From Bacteroidales bacterium (lineage in GTDB: Bacteria > Bacteroidota > Bacteroidia > Bacteroidales > UBA10428), in NCBI GenBank assembly GCA_016935355.1, contig JAFGRC010000158.1, positions 796 to 64,795 of the forward strand: DNA of 64,000 nt, given 5' to 3'. The translations under genes were made by a program, and so were the position numbers. Under the pieces are notes generated by a model. The model was not told where the DNA came from. It ran no database searches and saw only the letters and a list, made by a program, of their open reading frames with translations. Positions 19,467-28,800 of the stretch are shown piece after piece (the stretch's first letter is position 1; each line of letters begins with the position of its first letter).

Positions 19467-19850
19467 ATGAGAGATATGGAAACAATTAAAATTCAAGGTA
19501 CGGAAGATACACCAAGAATTATACTGGATGCTGAAAATGATATTTTGGAAATTTCCGGACGATCATTACCGGAGGATGTGGCAGCATTTTATGAACCGGT
19601 GTTGAACTGGCTGAAAGACTATGGTGAAAATCCAAAAGATAAAACCATATTCAACTTTAAGCTGACGTACTTCAATACGGCTTCTTCCAAACTTCTCCTT
19701 GACATCCTGATGATTCTGGAAGAGCTGAAAGAAAAAGGGAATGATATACTGATCAGATGGCATTATCCTGAGGAAGATGAGGACATGGAAGAAGCCGGTG
19801 ATGAATATGCGGATATCGTGGATGTCCCATTTGAAAAAGTATCTTATTGA
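19467..19850 (+). CDS. DUF1987 / SiaC-like regulatory phosphoprotein
   Basis: 127 aa. 'IKIQGTEDTPRIILDAENDILEISGRSLPEDVAAFYEPVLNWL' and 'FNFKLTYFNTASSKLLLDIL' match the DUF1987 pattern. The tail is acidic. Confidence 0.75.
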   Translation: MRDMETIKIQGTEDTPRIILDAENDILEISGRSLPEDVAAFYEPVLNWLKDYGENPKDKTIFNFKLTYFNTASSKLLLDILMILEELKEKGNDILIRWHYPEEDEDMEEAGDEYADIVDVPFEKVSY

Positions 19851-19911
19851 TCCGGGTCATATCATCTTTTTCAATCCGGTTGTTTACTTCCTAAATAAAT
19901 CTGCCGTCTGA

Positions 19912-22900
19912 ATGAGCGAAGAGATTCTGAGAGCGTTAATGCAACTTTTTGCAATCATTGCAAAACAGGATGAAGGCGTTGAATCGACTCAGGAAGAGTA
20001 CGTAAAAAATTTTTTACATCAACAACTTAATGATGATGCCGTTAAAGAATACTTTGCGCTTTTTCAGCAATATGCCGGTCTGAATGGCCAGGATAATGAT
20101 GTTGAAAATGAAGAAGATAAAGGATCCCGTAAATTAACTTCCGTAAAGGATTCTGTACGTATACTCGGCCTATGCAAAAAAATCAACAAAACCTTAACCC
20201 AGAAACAGAAAATTGTTGTTCTTGTCAGACTGTTTGAAATAGTAAATGCGGATCGTAAGTTCACCGGCCAGCGCATGCAAATCATCAATACTGTTGCAGA
20301 TGTATTCAAAGTCAACAAAGAAGAATTTTCCAGCATTGAATCGTTTGTAGTCCACAATGAACTTGAATATCTTAACGATGTCAATGTTTTGATTATTAAT
20401 GATAAGAACATTGCATACAGACATGCAAAGAAAATTAGTACGAAACAGCTTGACGGGAATATATACATACTGCGAATAAACAGTGTCGATCTTTATTTTC
20501 TAAAATATTCAGGTACTGAAGATTTATTTCTGAACGGATTACCGGTAAGGAACGACCGCGTCTATCTTTTTGCCAACGGGAGTGCGGTCAGGTTGCCCAA
20601 GGCATCGCCCGTTTATTACAGTGATGTGGTCTCCCATTTTCTTGCCGATCTTGTTACGAACCAGATCTCCTATGTCGCCAGGAATCTGCAGTTCACCTTC
20701 CCGAACGGAAATATTGGATTGCACGATATCAGCTTTTCCGAAACACACGGTCGTCTAATCGGAATAATGGGAGCCAGTGGTGCCGGCAAGACAACATTGC
20801 TGAATGTGCTCTGTGGAGTTGAAGAGCCCTCAAGGGGGGAAGTCTGGATCAACGGAATAAACCTGCACAAAGAAAGGCAAAAGCTTGAAGGAGTAATTGG
20901 TCTTGTACCCCAGGATGACCTGCTTATTGAAGAGCTTACAATATATCAGAACCTTTACTACAACGCTAAACTTTGTTTCAAAGACAAATCGGAACAGGAC
21001 ATTGATCAATTGGTTATCAAGACATTACAAAACCTGGGACTGTATGATAAGAAAGATTTAAAGGTAGGTTCCCCGTTGAAAAAAATTATCAGCGGCGGTC
21101 AGCGAAAAAGGCTTAACATTGCCCTGGAGCTTATTCGCGAACCTTCTATATTATTTATTGATGAGCCGACATCGGGCCTTTCATCACGTGATTCCGAAAA
21201 TGTGATGGACCTGCTTCGCGAACTTGCACTTAAGGGCAAGCTTATTTTCGTTGTCATTCATCAGCCTTCCTCAGAGATCTACAAGATGTTCGACAAAATG
21301 ATCATTCTTGATGCTGGGGGATATCTGATTTATTACGGAAATCCGGTTGAGGCCGTTATGTATTTTAAGCGCAAGGACGCCCAGATCAACAGTGAATTCG
21401 GAGAATGTCCCACATGCGGTAACGTTAATCCGGAATTGATCTTCAATATCATTGAAGCCAAAGTAGTCGATGAATTCGGTAATTATACGGACACCCGAAA
21501 GGTTACTCCGGTCCGGTGGGAAGAACATTATAAAGACTCTTTTCAGTACTCAGAAATAAAACCTGTTACAGATTCTCCTCCGAAAAACCTTAAAATTCCG
21601 GACTGGATTAGTCAGTTGAAAATATATACACTGCGTGATTTTTTATCAAAAATCAGCAACCGGCAGTACGTATCACTGAGTTTGCTCGAAGCCCCGATTC
21701 TGGCTTTTATTCTTTCAATTATCATCCGGTATATCGAAGATCCCAAATCCTCCCAATATATTTTCAGACTGAATGAAAATATACCCATATTTGTTTTCAT
21801 GGCCCTGATCGTAGCGCTTTTCCTGGGATTGACCGTCAGCGCCGAGGAGATTTTCAGGGACCGGAAGATTCTGAAAAGGGAAGCCTTCCTGAACCTGAGC
21901 CGTTCCAGTTACCTCGTATCCAAAGTATTCATCTTGTTTGGCATATCAGCGATTCAGGCTTTTCTTTTTGTCGTGATAGCCAATAGTATTCTCGGGATCC
22001 GGAATATGGGTCTTTACTACTGGCTGGCACTATTCTCAACGGCTGCTTTTGCCAATATGCTCGGACTTAACATTTCAGCTTCCTTCAATTCCGCTGTGAC
22101 CATATACATCCTGATACCATTGGTTATGATACCGATGATGATACTTAGCGGGGCAATGTTTAGTTTTGACAAGCTGAACCGCAATTTCAGCAGGGTCGAT
22201 AAGGTTCCTCTGATTGCTGAGTGCATGGTTACAAAATGGTCTTATGAAGCCCTTATGGTAAACCAGTATAAGAACAACAGGTTCCTGAAATCAAAACTTT
22301 ATGAGATTGATAAAGAAGAAAGCCAGGCTGATTATAAAAAAGTTTACTGGCTTCCGGAGCTTTATGAGCGTCTGGAAAGAATAAATATGGAACTGGCCAG
22401 CAAGAACAGCATTGAACTGTCCGCAAATGACGTGATCCTGATTTCCAACGAAATCATAAAAGAATCTTCTTTAAACAAAGAAGTGGCTGCTTTCAATAAT
22501 ATTGATGACCTGAATCCTGTAAATTTTGACCTGCAGACTTCGGATGCCGTGTTTGAATATCTGCAGGCGCTCGATCAATACTATGGAGAAAAATTCCAGA
22601 AAATCATCCGCGTTAAGGAGAACTACATTAATTACTGGCTTGAAAATGACCCTGAAACATACAATAATACCAGAGACCAGTACCACAATGAGGGAGTTTC
22701 CGACATAGTCAGGAAAGTATATGAAAAAAACAAAATTCTTGAATTTAACCACCAGCTTATCCAGCATTATGACCCTATTTACGACGATCCATATGTGGTA
22801 AACCGGTTAACGGTCAGGACACACTTTTATGCTCCTGAGAAGCCTTTTCTGGGCAGGACATATGATACCTTCTGGTATAATATTATTGTAATCTGGCTGT

Positions 22901-22986
22901 TGACTTCCATTCTTTATCTTTCATTGTATTATTCATGGTTGAAAAAGATAACCGGTCTTTTTGAGCGATTTAAACGCAAAAGTTGA
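19912..22986 (+). CDS. Fusion protein: TerB-like N-terminal domain, beta-rich linker domain, ABC ATPase, ABC-2-type permease, long C-terminal extension with a terminal TM
   Basis: TerB-like 'ILRALMQLFAIIAKQDEGV...' duplicated with 'VVLVRLFEIVNADRKFTGQ'. Walker A 'GIMGASGAGKTTLLN', signature 'ISGGQRKRLNIA', Walker B 'ILFIDEPTSGLS' and H-loop 'VVIHQPS'. About 6 TM helices follow. Confidence 0.8.
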   Translation: MSEEILRALMQLFAIIAKQDEGVESTQEEYVKNFLHQQLNDDAVKEYFALFQQYAGLNGQDNDVENEEDKGSRKLTSVKDSVRILGLCKKINKTLTQKQKIVVLVRLFEIVNADRKFTGQRMQIINTVADVFKVNKEEFSSIESFVVHNELEYLNDVNVLIINDKNIAYRHAKKISTKQLDGNIYILRINSVDLYFLKYSGTEDLFLNGLPVRNDRVYLFANGSAVRLPKASPVYYSDVVSHFLADLVTNQISYVARNLQFTFPNGNIGLHDISFSETHGRLIGIMGASGAGKTTLLNVLCGVEEPSRGEVWINGINLHKERQKLEGVIGLVPQDDLLIEELTIYQNLYYNAKLCFKDKSEQDIDQLVIKTLQNLGLYDKKDLKVGSPLKKIISGGQRKRLNIALELIREPSILFIDEPTSGLSSRDSENVMDLLRELALKGKLIFVVIHQPSSEIYKMFDKMIILDAGGYLIYYGNPVEAVMYFKRKDAQINSEFGECPTCGNVNPELIFNIIEAKVVDEFGNYTDTRKVTPVRWEEHYKDSFQYSEIKPVTDSPPKNLKIPDWISQLKIYTLRDFLSKISNRQYVSLSLLEAPILAFILSIIIRYIEDPKSSQYIFRLNENIPIFVFMALIVALFLGLTVSAEEIFRDRKILKREAFLNLSRSSYLVSKVFILFGISAIQAFLFVVIANSILGIRNMGLYYWLALFSTAAFANMLGLNISASFNSAVTIYILIPLVMIPMMILSGAMFSFDKLNRNFSRVDKVPLIAECMVTKWSYEALMVNQYKNNRFLKSKLYEIDKEESQADYKKVYWLPELYERLERINMELASKNSIELSANDVILISNEIIKESSLNKEVAAFNNIDDLNPVNFDLQTSDAVFEYLQALDQYYGEKFQKIIRVKENYINYWLENDPETYNNTRDQYHNEGVSDIVRKVYEKNKILEFNHQLIQHYDPIYDDPYVVNRLTVRTHFYAPEKPFLGRTYDTFWYNIIVIWLLTSILYLSLYYSWLKKITGLFERFKRKS

Positions 22987-23059
22987 ATATTATTAATAAC
23001 TAATTTTTAATATGCACATTTCAATCATTATTTTTACAGAAATAAACAAAATATTGACC

Positions 23060-23959
23060 ATGCTGAAAAAAATACTGTATTTCTACATTCTGTTACTCTT
23101 TGTAGTCGCCTGCAAATCAGGCGATCAGGGCAGGGATACCGGCCTGGCCATTCCTGATTCAGTATTAAATGAGGGACTGGAAATTTCCCAGGATGTCATG
23201 CAGAATATTGTACAGAACATTTCCTCACCTGTTGAGATGGCTGCTTTAATAAAAGAGCTCGGTGTTGATTTTTCAAACAGGTATATTTCCACGACCGACA
23301 GGGTCGACAATCTTTCAACCAGCTTTCAACAGGCCCTGAACCTTGGCATATATGGAGCTGATCTCGGTTATCTGAACATGTATAACAAAACTTCATCCGT
23401 GATCGACTATATATCGGCAATAAAGACGCTTGCCGATGCGATCAAGGTAGGTCAGTTCTTTGATTTTACAACACTGAAAAGACTCGCCACCAACAGCAAG
23501 AACCTCGATTCCCTGATGTATATCTCGGTGCATAGTTTCAACCAGATGGACCAATATCTCCATAATAACAACCGTACAAACCTGAGCGCTCTTATTATCA
23601 CGGGTGTGTGGATTGAAGGTTTATATCTGGGCACACAGGTTTACCAGAGTGCACCAAACGAAATTCTGGCAGAAAGGATAGGCGAACAAAAGCTGACGCT
23701 TGAACAACTGATGCTTATCCTTGAGAACTATACAAGGGAAAGGCAATATGAAAACCTGTTGAACGAGCTTAAGCTCATAAAGAATATATACCAGGGTGTA
23801 ACCATCAGTATTGAAAAAGGAGAACCTGAAATGATCGAAGAAAACGGTATGCTGACCATAGTTCAAAACGACAAAAGCATTATCGATATTACACCTGAGC
23901 AGCTTACTGAAATCGCTGAAACCACTGAGCAAGTCCGTAACAGAATAATCACCCTATAG
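23060..23959 (+). CDS. Hypothetical lipoprotein
   Basis: Lipobox-like 'LLLFVVACKSGD' after the ATG at 23060. The upstream in-frame start at 23012 is less likely. I recognise no family. Confidence 0.55.
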   Translation: MLKKILYFYILLLFVVACKSGDQGRDTGLAIPDSVLNEGLEISQDVMQNIVQNISSPVEMAALIKELGVDFSNRYISTTDRVDNLSTSFQQALNLGIYGADLGYLNMYNKTSSVIDYISAIKTLADAIKVGQFFDFTTLKRLATNSKNLDSLMYISVHSFNQMDQYLHNNNRTNLSALIITGVWIEGLYLGTQVYQSAPNEILAERIGEQKLTLEQLMLILENYTRERQYENLLNELKLIKNIYQGVTISIEKGEPEMIEENGMLTIVQNDKSIIDITPEQLTEIAETTEQVRNRIITL

Positions 23960-23960
23960 C

Positions 23961-24407
23961 ATGACATACAAGAAATTTATCGCAGTTTGTACAACGTACA
24001 TATTTTCTGCATGTATGCTGATCCATGCGCAGGACATTTCCCAGCTTACAGCGCAATGTGCAGCAAATGCAGGTGATGTAATGTATTTGAAAGACTTTGT
24101 TGTAAAACTTGACCCGGGCACCCCTGGCGGTGCTCCACCGACAGCAAGATATGCCCTTCTTCTGAGTAAAAATGTTGTCTACAGGTTCTCGATCTGTACC
24201 GCTCCCAATTCCGAAGGTGAAGCAGTGCTGCAATTGTTTGACATGAATACGATGCTCGGAAGCACTTTTGTCACTTCCACAGGAAAAGATTACCCGTACT
24301 TTGACTTCAAATGTCAGAAGACCGGGGTGTACCATGTTTTTATTTCCTTTAAGGAAGGCAAAGCCGGCGAGGGAGTGGGCATCATGTCATACGTCAAGAA
24401 ACTGTAA
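23961..24407 (+). CDS. Small secreted hypothetical protein
   Basis: 148 aa with signal peptide 'FIAVCTTYIFSACMLIHAQ'. It starts 1 nt after the previous stop, suggesting co-transcription. Confidence 0.5.
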   Translation: MTYKKFIAVCTTYIFSACMLIHAQDISQLTAQCAANAGDVMYLKDFVVKLDPGTPGGAPPTARYALLLSKNVVYRFSICTAPNSEGEAVLQLFDMNTMLGSTFVTSTGKDYPYFDFKCQKTGVYHVFISFKEGKAGEGVGIMSYVKKL

Positions 24408-24440
24408 GAAATCCCTGTTGTTTCGCTTCGACTTCTTTTT

Positions 24441-25424
24441 TTATCCAAAAAGCTTCACAATTATTATACTGAGAAAATAAAGCATTAAAAGTGCATTGTT
24501 CGCCCAGTTCTGTCTGCAATGTGCAAAATAATATGCCAGGAGAAAGGAAACGGGCACAGCGGTAAAACAGATCATTTCAACACCTGAAGCAGGGACTGCA
24601 AAGAATATTACAATTGTAACAATAAACATCCAGAAAAAGCTGATAAAGATTTTTCTATATTGTATTTTTATATTATCAACTACCCTGATCATGCGTACAC
24701 TACTGATCAGGATCAGCAACGCAACATACCCGGCAAAAACCTTTGAACCCATACCTGCGTCCGCAAACTGTTCAACTTTAAAAGCATCAGACATGTCATC
24801 TGCAAAATTTGCAATACTCGCATCAGCAAGAAAATAAGCTGCAAAAAGGAACAGGAAAGGGAGTAACAGTCCTATCAGCGAAAACACCCATTCACGCCAT
24901 ACAAAAGGCCGTATAATATTCATGGCTATGAGGAGAAAGGGATAAAACAGGATGGCAGGAACATAAAAAAAACCGGCCAGTGAAATTAAAAATCCGGCAT
25001 CCAGAAAATTATACGACAGGGATTCTTTTTTATATGCGGAAAAGATCCTGAATAACAGCAGTATGAGTAAAGAAGAGGCGATGAGTGCAGGCATGAATCT
25101 TGTACCTGAAGGCAATGTGGAACACAACAGCATATAAAATAATGCAGGGATTTGAGTGCGGGTAGTAATAAAGAAATGTATGGCATTTAACTGCAGGAGC
25201 ATAAAACCATTGATCATTACAATGATCATAGCAGTTACGTTGGCAAGAACCGTGAAATCCTCATTCAGTCTGATGACATATTTGCCGAATATTCCCGCAG
25301 CGGCATAATCTGCTGCTGATGGTTCCAGCGGGTTCAATAAGTCAGGTATCCAGCACAAAACAACAAGTACAGGAATAACGACAGATATACTGAGCCGATT
25401 ACTGTTGAAATATTTTAGTAACAT
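24441..25424 (-). CDS. Polytopic integral membrane protein of unknown function
   Basis: 327 aa with about 9 hydrophobic helices throughout. No catalytic motif recognised. Confidence 0.6.
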   Translation of the reverse strand: MLLKYFNSNRLSISVVIPVLVVLCWIPDLLNPLEPSAADYAAAGIFGKYVIRLNEDFTVLANVTAMIIVMINGFMLLQLNAIHFFITTRTQIPALFYMLLCSTLPSGTRFMPALIASSLLILLLFRIFSAYKKESLSYNFLDAGFLISLAGFFYVPAILFYPFLLIAMNIIRPFVWREWVFSLIGLLLPFLFLFAAYFLADASIANFADDMSDAFKVEQFADAGMGSKVFAGYVALLILISSVRMIRVVDNIKIQYRKIFISFFWMFIVTIVIFFAVPASGVEMICFTAVPVSFLLAYYFAHCRQNWANNALLMLYFLSIIIVKLFG

Positions 25425-25465
25425 GTACTGGTATCAAATTACTGAACAAGGCATCCCCGACAGCA

Positions 25466-25792
25466 TTAAAACAATCCCTCCAGTTTGTTAACCAGATTGG
25501 CCTTGGGAACTGCACCCACCTGTTTGTCAGCTATGTTTCCATCTTTAAAGAACAGTACCGTCGGAATGTTCCGGATGCCGTATCTGGCAGGAGTGGATGG
25601 ATTGTTGTCGACATCCATTTTACCAATAATTACCCGATCCCCGTAATCTTCACCAATTTCACCAATAATGGGCCCGATGATTCTGCAAGGGCCACACCAT
25701 TCAGCCCAAAAATCCACTATTACAGGCTTATCAGCACTTAAAACAATTTCATCAAAATTTTCGTCGGTTAATTCAATTGCCATGATACTCAA
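25466..25792 (-). CDS. trxA: Thioredoxin
   Basis: 108 aa. Active site 'DFWAEWCGPCR' and 'GIRNIPTVLFFKDG'. Confidence 0.95.
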   Translation of the reverse strand: MSIMAIELTDENFDEIVLSADKPVIVDFWAEWCGPCRIIGPIIGEIGEDYGDRVIIGKMDVDNNPSTPARYGIRNIPTVLFFKDGNIADKQVGAVPKANLVNKLEGLF

Positions 25793-25854
25793 TATTAAAA
25801 TTATTTATATAAAGGATGTTTCTTGTTTGTTTCGCATTTATTACTTACCCTGTG

Positions 25855-28800
25855 CTAATACAGTCTGTATTCCAGTTCCCTGTTTTCGGTCAGGTAATCA
25901 AACAGCTCATTTGAAAGGGCAATTTTTTTGTACCGGCTGAACATTTCCACACTGACGTTTTCAGTCTGGTCATACACCAGAACTTTCATATTCGCGTTCC
26001 CTTTTTCTTTGCCAACAAATTCGCTGATCTCAGATACCAGTTCGTCATTAAGTCTTTCAATTGGTATTCTGATCTGTATGTTATGGATCAGTTCATCCCT
26101 CACTGAGCTCAGCATGAATATTTCTTTTATTTTAAATTCCAGCTCCACGGGTTTTTTCCATGTATTATCCTGAATTACTCCTTTCAGCAACAAAGAATAG
26201 CCTTCATACATGTATTTCCTGAAGTTTTCATAATCCTTGTTAAATAATGTGAAGGTGTAATAATCGGTGTAATCTTCAATGGTAAATGAACCATATGGTT
26301 TGCCGTTTTTTGTCGTTGCATGCTTTACTTTGGTGACCATGCCTGCAGTTTTAAGTTCTTTATCCCTTAATGGCACAAGGTCACGCAGTTCAGCAAGAGA
26401 TACATCGCAGAACTGCTGCATTTCAATTTTAAAATGATCCAGGGGATGGGCTGACAGGTAGATTCCGATCACTTCTTTTTCCTGATTCAGGGTGACCAGC
26501 GGAGACCATTCTTCCGTTTCAGGTGGCTTTGGCTTCAGCACTTCAATTGTATCAAGGTCTCCGAAAAGTGTAGGTGTAGACACATTCTGGCTCTGAACCT
26601 TATTTCCATACCGGATCAGCTGCTCAATAAAGCTTGAACCGTTTTCCTGACTGTCAAAGTACTGATAGCGCTTAAAATCATGGAAACTGTCAAAACCTCC
26701 GCTCACAGCAAGTGCCTCCAGACAACGCTTATTTACAATCGTCAGGTTCACCCTTTCAACAAGGTCGTATATGTTATTAAAGAGTCCTCCCTGCTTTCGG
26801 ACTTCTATGATATGCTCTACCGCAGATTCTCCCACACCCTTAATCGCTGCAAGTCCAAAACGTATATTTCCATCAGTGTTAACGGTAAATCTGGCATAAC
26901 TTTCATTTACGTCAGGCACCAGTACGTTGAGTCCCATTCGCTTGCATTCATCCATGAAGAAACCGATCTTTTTGATATCGTTAATATTCCGGCTCAGGAC
27001 CGCTGCCATGAATTCTGCAGGATAATGTGCTTTCAGATAGGCTGTCTGATAAGAAATATAAGCATAACATGTCGAATGCGACTTGTTAAAGGCATAATGT
27101 GCAAATGATTCCCAATCCTTCCATATTTTTCGTACTATATTCGGATCATGTCCGTTTTTAACGCAACCTTCTTCAAATTGTGCCTGTAAATCAGTCATCA
27201 TGGCGACTATCTTCTTTCCCATAGCCTTTCGCAGTGAATCTGCCTTACCCTTGCTGAATCCTGCAAGCAACTGGGAAAGCAGCATGACCTGCTCCTGATA
27301 AACGGTTATGCCATAGGTATCTTTAAGATAAGCCTCCATTTCAGGTATGTCGTATGCAATCTCCTCTTTACCGTGCTTCCGGTTTATATAGCTCGGGATG
27401 TAATCCATTGGACCCGGCCGGTATAACGCATTCATTGCGATGAGATCTTCAAAACGGTTGGGTTTCAGCGATTTCAAATACTTTTTCATGCCTTCGGATT
27501 CAAACTGGAATAAACCCGTAGTTTCGCCTCTGCTGTATAATTCATAAGTTAACTGATCATCCAGAGGGACTGAATTGATGTCGATCTCTATATTTTTTGA
27601 GATTTTAATGTTTTCAAGCGTATCCTTAATAATGGAAAGCGTTTTCAGTCCCAAAAAATCCATTTTAAGCATTCCGACAGATTCAATATGTGCCCCCTCA
27701 TATTGAGTTACATTCAGTTCCGCATCTTTGCTCCGGCAAATCGGAATATATTCCTCCAGATTGTCCCTTCCTATGATAATGCCGCAGGCATGAACACCGG
27801 TCTGACGTACCGAACCTTCGAGCACTTCTGCATATTTAAGTGTAGTTGCAATAAGTTCATTTGAAGATGTTTTTTCTTCCTGCAAAGCCGGTACTTTCTC
27901 ATATGCATCGTTGAAAGTAGTTCCCGGTGTGTCCGGGATCAGTTTTGCAAGCCGGTCAGCTTCAGCCAGATCCAGCCTTTGTACACGGGCAACATCGCGA
28001 ATCGCCATTTTAGGAGCCATTGTTCCGAATGTTATGACATGCGCAACCCGGTCAGCACCATACTTTTTCACCACGTACTGAAGCACTTTTTCCCGCCCGT
28101 CTTCGTCAAAATCAATATCAATATCGGGCATTGAAACGCGGTCGGGATTTAAAAATCGTTCAAACAGAAGATCGTACTGGATCGGATCAATATCAGTGAT
28201 CTTTAAACAGTATGCCACTACCGAACCGGCAGCTGAACCCCGGCCGGGACCAACAGAAACACCCATTTCACGCGCTGCTCTGATAACATCCCATACGATC
28301 AGAAAGTAACCCGGATACCCCATTTTGCTGATGGTCTCAAGTTCAAAATCAATTCTTTCCCTGATTCTTTCGTTTATTTGAGGATAACGGACATTTGCGC
28401 CCTGATAAGTAAGAAAATGCAAATATTCATGTGCGTCCCTGAATCCCTCAGGTATTGGAAAATCAGGCATAATAGGATCGCTGTTCAGCTCATAATACTC
28501 AACTTTCTCCTCTACTTCACGGGTATTGGCAATGGCTACAGGCACATCTTTAAAAAGCTCTTTCATTTCCTGCTGAGTTTTCAGCCATTCCTGGTGCGTA
28601 TACCGCATTCTGGTCGGATCATCCATGTCCTTACCCGTACTGATGCACAGCAAACGGTCATGCGCAAGGGCATCCTCCTTATTTATAAAATGCACATCAT
28701 TGGTAGCCACGCATTTAATACCTGTTTCGGCCGATAATTCCAGCAGACTTTTATTCACGAAAACCTGGTTTTCATATACTTCGCGATCAATTTCCGGACT

